A DNA stretch of 50,814 bases. Source: an uncultured Coriobacteriales bacterium (GTDB lineage Bacteria; Actinomycetota; Coriobacteriia; WRKU01; JAENWW01). The stretch lies in contig CALLZE010000194.1 in NCBI GenBank assembly GCA_937858655.1, forward strand, positions 1 through 50,814, written 5' to 3'. The notes beneath the pieces are model-generated. The model was given only the letters and a program-made list of their open reading frames with translations, had not been told where the DNA came from and made no database searches. The first letter of the stretch is position 1. Every line of letters begins with the position of its first letter. A program made the translations under genes and the position numbers. This document shows positions 36,106 to 44,346 of this stretch, piece by piece.

Positions 36106-36296
36106 AGGATTGTACCTTGCTCTAGGGTCGTCTGGGTGAACCTGCAATAAACAGGTGGGTGCTCGCATCAAATTCGTCAGCTTCCACAACTACTTACGGA
36201 GGATACCTGTTGAGATCTGAGATTAAAGCTCCCGATAAAAAAGTGTTGGTTCAGCCGCATATCTGCGACCCCAGAGCAACGTACAATCCTTTTTTC
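36106..36296 (-). ncRNA. ssrS: Candidate 6S RNA (SsrS-like), ~190 nt
   Basis: It lies in a 329-nt gap between aspS and rarA for which the supplied track lists no ORF. 36266-36290 pairs with 36106-36130 over 25 positions. On the minus strand there is 1 G.G mismatch and 1 G.U; on the plus strand the same positions are C.C and A.C. An 8-bp extension pairs GGCTGAACC with GGTTCACC (one bulge). Next come an asymmetric internal bubble and an apical stem (TCGGGAGCTT / AAGCTGACGA). A small hairpin (ACCTG-TTTATTG-CAGGT) in the 3' bubble strand matches known 6S architecture. I cannot run a covariance model, and the strand call is moderately uncertain. Confidence 0.55.
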
Positions 36297-36338
36297 AAGC
36301 GCTCTCTTACCTGTGCTTAGTTTACCCCCAAAGCACGT

Positions 36339-36388
36339 AAAAGGACGCAATATTCACAAAAGTTTTGTGGAATCTATATACGTCCTTT
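36339..36388 (-). terminator. Possible terminator of aspS (long imperfect hairpin)
   Basis: The minus strand reads AAAGGACG...(inner ATAT/ATAT and ACAA/TTGT pairs)...CGTCCTTT followed by TA, 30 nt after the aspS stop. The U-tract largely overlaps the 3' stem arm. Confidence 0.4.
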
Positions 36389-36417
36389 AGACACGTTTAA
36401 AATCGCGCTTAGATATT

Positions 36418-38187
36418 CTAATTTATATGTATATGAGTTTCCTTAAGCTGGCGAGGAGCAACCGCAGAAGGAGCGCCCGACATAGGATCAGCACCGCTTG
36501 AGGTCTTGGGGAACGCAATAACGTCACGAATAGAATCCTCACCCGCGAGGATCATTACCAGTCGGTCGAGACCAAGAGCGATACCACCATGAGGAGGCGC
36601 ACCGAACGAAAGCGCTTCGAGAAGGAATCCGAACTGCTCACGAGCGGTCTCTTCATCCAAGCCAATCGTCTTGAGTGTGCGCATTTGAACATCCGCGTTG
36701 TGAATACGCAGAGTGCCTCCGCCAACCTCAAGGCCATTCATAACCAAGTCGTATGAGTATGAGAGGACGTTTTCGGGGTCTGTCTCAAGCATATCGACAT
36801 GCTCATCAAAGACGCGTGTAAAGGGATGATGATTTGCGGCCCAGCGGTCGTTTTCTTCATCGCGCTTAAACATAGGGAAATCAACAACCCAAAGAGGAGC
36901 ATAGCCCGCGCGCTCAACACCCAACTCATCGGCCATAGCCAAACGAACGGCACCAAGCACCTCGTTTGCGACTTGGCGCTTATCAGCACAGAATAAGAGC
37001 AGGTCGCCAGGCTCAACGCCCGCGCGCTCCTTGATAGCATTCATCTCGTCCTCGGTAAAGAACTTAACAATTGGGCTCTTTACTTCTCCCTCGCTCGTAA
37101 ACGCAATCCACGCGAGACCCTTTGCGCCATTGTCAAGCGCAAGCTGGTTGAAACTATCAATCTTGCCGCGGCTCAAATCGCCCGCACCCTTTGCATTAAT
37201 GGTCTTAACAACGCCGCCATTTTGCGCAACGCTCGCGAATACTTTAAAGCCGCAATCTGCAACGAGGTCGGAAATCTCAATGAGTTTCATATCAAAGCGC
37301 ACATCAGGACGGTCGCTACCATAGTTGTCCATAGCGTCATGCCAGGTCATACGATTAAGTGGCGTCTGGAATTCGTGGCCAGCGGCAGCCATTACCTCGG
37401 TCATAACATCTTCCATCATAGTGAGAATGTCTTCCATTGACACAAAGCTCATCTCAATATCCACTTGCGTGAACTCGGGCTGACGGTCAGCGCGGAGGTC
37501 CTCATCACGGAAGCAGCGTGCCATCTGGTAATAACGCTCGACACCGCCCACCATGAGCAGCTGCTTAGAGAGCTGAGGTGATTGTGGGAGCGCGTAAAAC
37601 TTTCCAGGATTAAGACGTGAAGGCAAAATGAAGTCGCGTGCTCCTTCTGGCGTTGACTTACCCAAAATAGGAGTTTCTACCTCGAGAAATCCACGCTCAC
37701 CTAATGCCTTGCGAAACGCCTGCGTCACATCGTTACGCAGCTTAAGCGCACGAGCAACCTCAGGACGACGAATATCCAAATAACGCCAACGCAGACGCGT
37801 TAGCTCATCAGTTTCAATGTTTTCTTCAATTTCAAAAGGAGGAGTCTTTGAGGTGTTGAGTACCTCAATATCAGAAACGACAACCTCGACCTCGCCCGTT
37901 ACCATTGAGGGGTTGGCGGTTCCTTCAGGACGCTGGCGAACTGTTCCCGTCACCTTAATAACCCACTCGGGACGAATTTGCTCAGCTATTTTAAAAGCAT
38001 CACCCGAATGGTCAGGGTCAAACGTTGTCTGTACGATGGCACTTCTATCGCGCAAGTCAACGAAAATCAGACCACCATGGTCGCGGCGCTTCCCTACCCA
38101 ACCGGCGAGGGTAACTGTTTGGCCAATGAGGTCAGACGTAACTTGCTCGTTTACATGCGAGCGCATTGAATACTTGCCATCAAACAT
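36418..38187 (-). CDS. aspS: Aspartate--tRNA ligase (possibly non-discriminating)
   Basis: MRSHVNEQV...VTLAGWVGKRRDHGGLIFVDLRDRS (OB anticodon domain), class II motifs (FRDEDLRADRQPEFTQ, GGGTLRIH, GIALGLDR) and a GAD insertion. Alternative start at the Met at 38166. Confidence 0.97.
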   Translation of the reverse strand: MFDGKYSMRSHVNEQVTSDLIGQTVTLAGWVGKRRDHGGLIFVDLRDRSAIVQTTFDPDHSGDAFKIAEQIRPEWVIKVTGTVRQRPEGTANPSMVTGEVEVVVSDIEVLNTSKTPPFEIEENIETDELTRLRWRYLDIRRPEVARALKLRNDVTQAFRKALGERGFLEVETPILGKSTPEGARDFILPSRLNPGKFYALPQSPQLSKQLLMVGGVERYYQMARCFRDEDLRADRQPEFTQVDIEMSFVSMEDILTMMEDVMTEVMAAAGHEFQTPLNRMTWHDAMDNYGSDRPDVRFDMKLIEISDLVADCGFKVFASVAQNGGVVKTINAKGAGDLSRGKIDSFNQLALDNGAKGLAWIAFTSEGEVKSPIVKFFTEDEMNAIKERAGVEPGDLLLFCADKRQVANEVLGAVRLAMADELGVERAGYAPLWVVDFPMFKRDEENDRWAANHHPFTRVFDEHVDMLETDPENVLSYSYDLVMNGLEVGGGTLRIHNADVQMRTLKTIGLDEETAREQFGFLLEALSFGAPPHGGIALGLDRLVMILAGEDSIRDVIAFPKTSSGADPMSGAPSAVAPRQLKETHIHIN

Positions 38188-38262
38188 GGAAAACTTCTCC
38201 TTTAAGGATTGAAATCGTGTAACTGAACTATTTTAACAGTTTATGCTTAACGCTGTGTTACT

Positions 38263-39531
38263 TTATGCCCCAATTGCTTCTTGCACCTCTGAGGGAGCGA
38301 CGAGTCGCTCTTCTTTGGTGGCCATATTGCGCACGACAACTTTGCCTTGCGCGTACTCATCGGGAGCAAAAATAACCGTATAGCGCGCCGAAGCGTGATC
38401 GGCCTGCTTAAATTGAGCCTTCAATGACTTGCCCGCAACGTCAACAAGCGCTCCGACATCGTTGCGGCGCAATTCAGTTGCAAGTTTAAATGCCTCATCA
38501 CGATAGAGGTCGTCCGCAACGGCGACATACACATCGATGCTTGAGCCATCCTCAAACGTAACGCCTGATGCTTCAAGCGCGAGCAAGGTCCGTTCAAAGC
38601 CGAGAGCAAAGCCTAGGCCCGAAGTTGGCTTTCCGCCCAATGACTCAAACAACCCGTCATAGCGTCCGCCACCGCCAATCGCGTTTTGTGAACCGAGGCC
38701 ATTATCGACCTGAACCTCAAAAACAGTGCGCGTGTAATAGTCTAAACCACGTACAAGCGTTGGATCTTCAACATAAGGAACACCGGCCGCCTCGAGTAAC
38801 GACAACACACGCGCATGGTGTTCAGCACACTCGTCGCATAATTCGTCTTTCAAAAGTGGAGCCGACGCAAAAACCTCCCGGCATGAGGGATTCTTGCAGT
38901 CAAAAGCGCGGAGCGGATTCGTGTTGGCGCGTGCATTGCACTCTTCACACAACTCATCACCATGCTCCTTAATAAACGCTGCCACCTTATCTCGATAGGC
39001 TGGGCGACATGCCCCGTCGCCCATAGAATTAACTAGCAGGCGCATTGAGTCAGCAGGAATACCCGCCTGACAAAAAAAGTGCCACAGCATAATGATCATT
39101 TCGGCATCAGCCTCGGGCGAGTTTAAGCCAAGGGCTTCCGCGCCGATTTGATAGAACTGACGCTGACGACCCTTTTGGGGACGCTCATAACGAAACATCG
39201 GCCCAGCGTAATAGAGCTTTGCAGCCTGCCCATTTGCGGTAATATTTGCATTAATAGCCGCGCGCACTACACTCGCGGTATTTTCGGGGCGCAGCGTTAA
39301 AGAGCGGCCACCCTTATCTTCAAAGGTGTACATCTCCTTGCCCACCACATCGGTTGCCTCGCCAATTCCGCGCGTAAAAAGCTCGGTGTGCTCAAAAATT
39401 GGAGTATACAGCGGCTCATAGCCATAATGAGAAAACACCTCGCGTGCTGTAGTGGTCAAAAACTCCCAGCCGCGCGCCTGTGCTCCTATGAGGTCTGTTG
39501 TGCCTTTTGGCGCCGTATATTTATCAGCCAC
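38263..39531 (-). CDS. hisS: Histidine--tRNA ligase
   Basis: PKGTTDLIG, LRPENTASVVRA, FRYERPQKGRQRQFYQIG, and GGGRYDGL, plus a C-terminal anticodon-binding domain. Confidence 0.97.
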   Translation of the reverse strand: MADKYTAPKGTTDLIGAQARGWEFLTTTAREVFSHYGYEPLYTPIFEHTELFTRGIGEATDVVGKEMYTFEDKGGRSLTLRPENTASVVRAAINANITANGQAAKLYYAGPMFRYERPQKGRQRQFYQIGAEALGLNSPEADAEMIIMLWHFFCQAGIPADSMRLLVNSMGDGACRPAYRDKVAAFIKEHGDELCEECNARANTNPLRAFDCKNPSCREVFASAPLLKDELCDECAEHHARVLSLLEAAGVPYVEDPTLVRGLDYYTRTVFEVQVDNGLGSQNAIGGGGRYDGLFESLGGKPTSGLGFALGFERTLLALEASGVTFEDGSSIDVYVAVADDLYRDEAFKLATELRRNDVGALVDVAGKSLKAQFKQADHASARYTVIFAPDEYAQGKVVVRNMATKEERLVAPSEVQEAIGA

Positions 39532-39598
39532 CGTATTCTCCTTTTATGCGTAAAAACCCAATGTTTGAATGTTTTTTATTATAGCGAGTAAACGTACG

Positions 39599-40033
39599 CT
39601 ACAGTTCGTTTTGTTTCAAGATATGCTTGAGAGCCAAAAACGCATGGCGCGAAAAGAGGGAGCGAGGTCCGCTGTACCGCATAACTTTACGCGAGTACTC
39701 TTGCATCCTTGAGGCATAGCATTTGATTGAGCAGTTTGCGCAGAAGGGTTTAGGGTCTTGTGTGCAAAACGCGGTGCGCTTTTCGGAATACTGCAAAAAC
39801 TCGGCGCACTCCTCGCATACAACCGCTCTCTTTTGGACTGGAGTCTCACTCAACTCATATGACACCAGTTCAGCGGGGGCCTTTGGCCTCTCCTTATGCT
39901 TTGCCTTGCAGTACCATGCGGTAAAGTCTGCCATTAGCTCAACATCGGAGATATGGCCGGGGCGATTCAGGCCCTGAATTATGCGCTCTTTTTGGATATC
40001 CGGCTTGGTCTCGCTCATAAAATTCTCATTCAT
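39599..40033 (-). CDS. Nitrous oxide-stimulated promoter family protein (YgbA-like Cys-rich protein)
   Basis: WYCKAKHKER...VCEECAEFLQYSEKRTAFCTQDPKPFCANCSIKCYASRMQEYSRKVMRYSGPRSLF matches the family pattern C..C...C....KP.C..C...CY...R....VMRYSGPRM. Confidence 0.7.
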   Translation of the reverse strand: MNENFMSETKPDIQKERIIQGLNRPGHISDVELMADFTAWYCKAKHKERPKAPAELVSYELSETPVQKRAVVCEECAEFLQYSEKRTAFCTQDPKPFCANCSIKCYASRMQEYSRKVMRYSGPRSLFSRHAFLALKHILKQNEL

Positions 40034-40157
40034 CTATACTTTACACTCAGGTAACTGCTCAGGTGACTGCGCTGCTCGCACCCACCATAATCAGTATACT
40101 TAATCTAACTACGTGTATAAAGCGTGCCTGAGGTGCGCATATCGATTGTGAGATGTC

Positions 40158-41558
40158 ATGGGCGATAATTTGGATGATGCGTTAGAAACATTCGTGGCAA
40201 GCGACGAGCTTGAAAAAGAAATCGAACAAGAGGTTAGGTCGGCTGAACCCGTTCTTGAACAAGGCAGTGAAGAAAACGAGGTTGCCGCCGAACAAGCTAC
40301 ATCGGCTACAGATGCCGATGACGCCTTTATTGCCGAGCACTTAAACTCGCTACAGAGTGCCGATGACGCAACATCTTCTGAGGGCTCAACACCACATGAC
40401 GCTCCAAATGAGTCAGAGGGCGCATTTCTAGAGGGAGCACCAGCGGGAGATTTCGCAGAACTTGCCCCCAAAAAACACACCGCGCGCACCATACTCCTCA
40501 TCCTATTAACCCTCATAATTCTTGCTATCGCTGGCCTCTGCGCGGGCGTGTACTATGTTGAGAAGCAGGCGGAAGGCATCGTTCCCGCAGGAGTAACTTT
40601 TGCGCAAGGCACCTCTCTCGCAGGTAAAAATGAATCCGAAGTACGCTCAATTATCGAACAGGATGCAAAAGCGATTCTCGCGAGCAATGTTGTGGCCTCT
40701 TCTTCGGGAGAAGCAACCGACACCATCGAGGCAAATAGCGTCAGCAAACCTACGAACTCTTTTGTCACCATTGATACTGAAACGATGGTTAAAAATGCGC
40801 TCGATGTACGTCAGAATGCCTCACTACTTGACCGATTCAAAGTTGATGTTCTGAGTGAGACCATCGATAAAAATATTGCCTATGAGTACAAAATCGACGA
40901 GGAAAGCATAACTAAGTTTGCTGATGAAGTCGCGGGCGCCTACGACCAAAAAGCGAAGAATGCCACCCTTAAGCAAAAGAGCGGCTCAATTATCATTGCT
41001 GAAGGCCAAAACGGTTTTGAAACAGATAAGGAAGCGCTTACCGCCGCCCTACAGAGCTCCCTCGAGGATGAGTTTAGAATGGGCGCGCAGACTGGAGATA
41101 TCTCCGTTGAGATCACAGGGAAAACTACCACGCCGAAAAAGACTGCCGAAAGTTTGCAGTCAACGCCAGCGATTGTGGTCACTCTCTCAAAAAGAACTGT
41201 CGCGCTCTATAACGGCGAGAAGCACATCAAAACATATCGCTGCGCCATCGGAACACCCGACCATCCAACTCCTGTAGGAAATTGGAAAATTGTGCTCAAA
41301 CGTAAGAACCCCACCTGGGTAAACCCGGGAAGCGCTTGGGCAACGTCAATGCCAAAAACCATCGCCCCAGGACCAAGCAACCCCTTGGGCTTGCGCGCCC
41401 TCAACTTGAACGCAAGCGGTATTCGCCTTCACGGAACCACATCGCTGAGTTCAATTGGAACCGCGGCGAGCCATGGGTGCATGCGTATGCGCAATCAAGA
41501 CATCGTTGACCTGTTCGACCGCGTAAAAGTGGGAACACCCGTCTTTATAATTCCTTAG
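40158..41558 (+). CDS. L,D-transpeptidase (YkuD domain) with acidic N-terminal tail, TM anchor and long extracytoplasmic linker domain
   Basis: C-terminal catalytic block NPLGLRALNLNASGIRLHGTTSLSSIGTAASHGCMRMRNQD (H...SHGC[IM]R). TM helix ILLILLTLIILAIAGLCAGVYYV. The N-terminal ~110 aa are Asp/Glu/Ala/Ser rich. Confidence 0.9.
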   Translation: MGDNLDDALETFVASDELEKEIEQEVRSAEPVLEQGSEENEVAAEQATSATDADDAFIAEHLNSLQSADDATSSEGSTPHDAPNESEGAFLEGAPAGDFAELAPKKHTARTILLILLTLIILAIAGLCAGVYYVEKQAEGIVPAGVTFAQGTSLAGKNESEVRSIIEQDAKAILASNVVASSSGEATDTIEANSVSKPTNSFVTIDTETMVKNALDVRQNASLLDRFKVDVLSETIDKNIAYEYKIDEESITKFADEVAGAYDQKAKNATLKQKSGSIIIAEGQNGFETDKEALTAALQSSLEDEFRMGAQTGDISVEITGKTTTPKKTAESLQSTPAIVVTLSKRTVALYNGEKHIKTYRCAIGTPDHPTPVGNWKIVLKRKNPTWVNPGSAWATSMPKTIAPGPSNPLGLRALNLNASGIRLHGTTSLSSIGTAASHGCMRMRNQDIVDLFDRVKVGTPVFIIP

Positions 41559-42837
41559 GCAAAAGTGCTTGAGCCGCGCTCCGGCCGGCCAAATAACCGC
41601 TTGAAAAGGCCCACTGCAAATTGTAGCCACCCGTATCACCGGTGACGTCCACAAAATCACCAGTTACAAAAATGCACGGGGCCTTTTTTAGTGACATCTG
41701 AGGTAGCAGGATTTCTTCAAGTGCAACCCCACCGCGCGATACCATCCCCTCGCCACTCGAGCCTCGCTTTTTTACCACGAAGCGAGCGTGCAAAATTCGC
41801 TCACACAAAAGAATACATTCCGCCTTCGACATATCGCGTGCGTATAACTTCTTGAAATCGGCGGGCATACCCCAGCATACAAGCGCTTCCGCTAGCTTTT
41901 TGGGCAAATCAAAGAATGATGCCACAAATGTTGAAATCTCTTTTTTGGTAAGGCGACTTTGCTTAAGCATATCTGCGGCGACTTCCTGCGCAGGGCGCGA
42001 CTCATCCGGCACAAAATTAATGAAAAACGCGTCACCCACATCACCACAAACACTTGCGTCCATTGCCGCCGGACCCGAGAACGAATCTGCCCTAAACAGT
42101 AGGCCTTTTTGCTCAAGTTTAGCCTTGGTTTCTTTTTCAAACCAGAGCAGCACAGGCAATGAAAAACCTTCGAGGCTCGCAAAGGGATATGCTTCAGGAT
42201 AAAGCGGTGTTAGAGCAGGACTAAAAGACGAAAAACGTATGGAGTGTTGTTTGAATACAGGTTCGAGCATCTTCACAAATGAGCCATCTGACCCCGTTTT
42301 GGGATACGTAATACCGCCTGTCGCGATAATGCATGAGTGCACCGAAATACTGATTTCGCCACCCTTGCCCAGGAGTTCAAGACGACAGCCCAACGGGCCG
42401 CCCTTCACATCGAACTGTGTTGGTTCGGTCTCGCACAGCAGCGTACCGCCTAATGCCTCAAACGATTCGCGGAGCGCCTTAAGCACATCTCCAGCCGCGA
42501 GCGAGCGCGGAAAGACTTTCCCGTCATCTCTCTCAATCGTTTCTACACCATGCCTTGAAAACCATGCGCGTACACCTTCATTGCTCATGGCATAAAGTAC
42601 TTTACGAATCTTGGCGCCAGCGGGCCCATAATGTTCGATAAAGTCTTTTATCGAACCACCATGGGTAAAGTTGCACTGCCCTCCACCCGTCACGAGTAGC
42701 TTGCGTCCTGGCTTCTTTTGATGCTCGACGATAATAACGCGCGCATGCGGGTCAGTTTCAAGTGCCGCTATACCAGCAAAAAGCCCGGCAGGACCTGCGC
42801 CAACAATAACGATATCGGCTTGCAACGCGCTACTCAT
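41545..42837 (-). CDS. HI0933/BaiN-like NAD(P)/FAD-dependent oxidoreductase
   Basis: DIVIVGAGPAGLFAGIAA (FAD dinucleotide fold) and LLVTGGGQCNFTH (the family's TGGGRCN motif). A C-terminal GDFVDVTGDTGGYNLQWAFSSG follows. I place the start at MSSALQ (42837), where ATGAGTAG overlaps the nitroreductase stop. The track ORF starts at 42855. Confidence 0.85.
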   Translation of the reverse strand: MSSALQADIVIVGAGPAGLFAGIAALETDPHARVIIVEHQKKPGRKLLVTGGGQCNFTHGGSIKDFIEHYGPAGAKIRKVLYAMSNEGVRAWFSRHGVETIERDDGKVFPRSLAAGDVLKALRESFEALGGTLLCETEPTQFDVKGGPLGCRLELLGKGGEISISVHSCIIATGGITYPKTGSDGSFVKMLEPVFKQHSIRFSSFSPALTPLYPEAYPFASLEGFSLPVLLWFEKETKAKLEQKGLLFRADSFSGPAAMDASVCGDVGDAFFINFVPDESRPAQEVAADMLKQSRLTKKEISTFVASFFDLPKKLAEALVCWGMPADFKKLYARDMSKAECILLCERILHARFVVKKRGSSGEGMVSRGGVALEEILLPQMSLKKAPCIFVTGDFVDVTGDTGGYNLQWAFSSGYLAGRSAAQALLPKEL

Positions 42838-43675
42838 GAGCGCACCAGCGGTCAATCCACCAGCGCACCGACTCGTTCATGTCAGCCATAAAGACGGATG
42901 TATGTTTGCGCACAAACACCGCTTCGGGGTAAGTGGCTAACGTCTCGTTCATGCGCGATGAAGGCGCCCACTCAGTTATCTCTTGAATATGTTGCTCTAA
43001 TTTGGCGCCCTCGAGACGCTGATAAGAGTTTTGCATCACAGCATTTTTACAAAAATGTGATGTCGGCTGAAGAGCTTTTTTGGCGCGCCCGAACACGACA
43101 AACGCGGCAGGAAAAGTATACTGAGGCAATTCAAGAAGTTCGGCAATCTGAGGACCTTTTTCCATGATGTCACCGATATAACAAGATCCAATCCCCAGCG
43201 ACTCTGCCGCAATCACGGCGTTTTGCGCCGCAATCACCGCATCATTAATACCAAGCATGAGAGACCCGAGCCCAGGTGCCTCTTGAGCGTCTGGCGTGGT
43301 GACTGTTCCGTTGGCAATATGGCGAGCGCAATCAGTGGCCCGAAACATGTCTGCCCACTTCTGATAATCCGCGACAAACACCAGTGCAAACGGTGCGCGC
43401 GCAACAAAAGGTTGATCATCACAAAGGAGCGCAAGTTGTTCTTTTCGCCCCTCATCAACAATATCAAGAATCGAATACGCAAGAAGATTGCCGGCTGTTG
43501 GAGCGCGCAACGCCGCCTTCAAAATAGTGTCTTTTTCTTGGTCAGTAATGGCGCTCGATTCCCGCGTACTCTCCGCAAAATTCCGTGTAGAAAAACGCTT
43601 GCCTAATAATGCAAGCGTTTCGTTGGTTAAGGGATATTGTTCTGACGCAATTTCGAGTGATTCATCTTGGTACAT
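42830..43675 (-). CDS. Nitroreductase-family flavoprotein (long form, 281 aa)
   Basis: RFSTRNFAES...ILKAALRAPTAGNLLAYSILDI, and later AAESLGIGSCYIG, are the nitroreductase fold blocks. Confidence 0.8.
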   Translation of the reverse strand: MYQDESLEIASEQYPLTNETLALLGKRFSTRNFAESTRESSAITDQEKDTILKAALRAPTAGNLLAYSILDIVDEGRKEQLALLCDDQPFVARAPFALVFVADYQKWADMFRATDCARHIANGTVTTPDAQEAPGLGSLMLGINDAVIAAQNAVIAAESLGIGSCYIGDIMEKGPQIAELLELPQYTFPAAFVVFGRAKKALQPTSHFCKNAVMQNSYQRLEGAKLEQHIQEITEWAPSSRMNETLATYPEAVFVRKHTSVFMADMNESVRWWIDRWCAHE

Positions 43676-43692
43676 GGCTACTCCAAAGCTTT

Positions 43693-44343
43693 TTATCGTG
43701 GCCAGAATTGATTAATAGCGCGCTCAAGCTCAAGCGTGGTCGTAGTCCCATGGCCAGGAAAGACCTCAACATTATCGGGGAGAGTGTCAAGCCTCTCAAG
43801 CGATTGCGTCATCTTAGTTTCATCGCCACCGACAAGGTCGGTGCGCCCAATCGATTGCGCAAAAAGCGTATCGCCACTGAAGAGATAATATTTCTGTTCA
43901 TCGGTATCGTCCTGCAAAAGAAGGCAAACGCTACCTGGAGTGTGCCCTGGTGTCATTATGACGTCAAATTTTAATGCCCCCACCTCAAGGATATCTCGAT
44001 CATGAAATTTAAAATCAACAATGGGCACAGGCGCCTCAAGGTCAAATTCGCGACCGCCCGTTCCCTGCTCGCCCTGAATAAAGGAAAATTCTTCTTCGGA
44101 CATATAAACAAAACTACCGTTGTCATCCGCGACCTCATCGGCTGAACCCACGTGGTCAAAATGACCGTGAGTTAAAATGACGGCACCAGCATTCTTGTGC
44201 TCAGGCGCAAGGCCATCAATAACGGCGCAAATTGCGTCGGTATCATCGCCTGGATCAATAACAGCAATGTCACCTTTATCGTTTGATACAATCCAACAGT
44301 TGGTTTCGAGATGTCCAACAACCACACGATCAATCTTTATCAT
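43693..44343 (-). CDS. MBL-fold metallo-hydrolase (glyoxalase II-like)
   Basis: VILTHGHFDHVG (HxHxDH), TPGHTPGS and GDTLF. It lies 3 nt after the relA stop, in the same position as the MBL gene near relA/hisS in mycobacteria (from memory). Confidence 0.88.
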   Translation of the reverse strand: MIKIDRVVVGHLETNCWIVSNDKGDIAVIDPGDDTDAICAVIDGLAPEHKNAGAVILTHGHFDHVGSADEVADDNGSFVYMSEEEFSFIQGEQGTGGREFDLEAPVPIVDFKFHDRDILEVGALKFDVIMTPGHTPGSVCLLLQDDTDEQKYYLFSGDTLFAQSIGRTDLVGGDETKMTQSLERLDTLPDNVEVFPGHGTTTTLELERAINQFWPR

Positions 44344-44346
44344 AGG

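Noticed and set aside
36105-36296. Plus-strand reading of the structured RNA (helix followed by TTTTTT, terminator-like)
   Set aside because: I did not adopt it as the primary call. On the plus strand two helix positions become C.C and A.C mismatches, versus G.G and G.U on the minus strand. I found no convincing plus-strand promoter. The small hairpin would fall in the 5' rather than the 3' bubble strand. Both neighbours are minus-strand genes. It remains a real alternative until transcript data exist.
39532-39598. T-box leaders upstream of hisS, aspS or alaS (as in Firmicutes)
   Set aside because: The upstream gaps are only 67, 75 and ~150 nt, and the last is occupied by a simple hairpin. 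That is far too short for a ~200-250-nt T-box, and I saw no specifier or T-box sequence.
40109-40516. 135-aa minus-strand Ser/Ala-rich ORF overlapping the 5' end of the L,D-transpeptidase gene
   Set aside because: It is the low-complexity mirror of the acidic Asp/Glu/Ala-rich N-terminal tail on the plus strand. The plus-strand frame continues into a bona fide YkuD domain.
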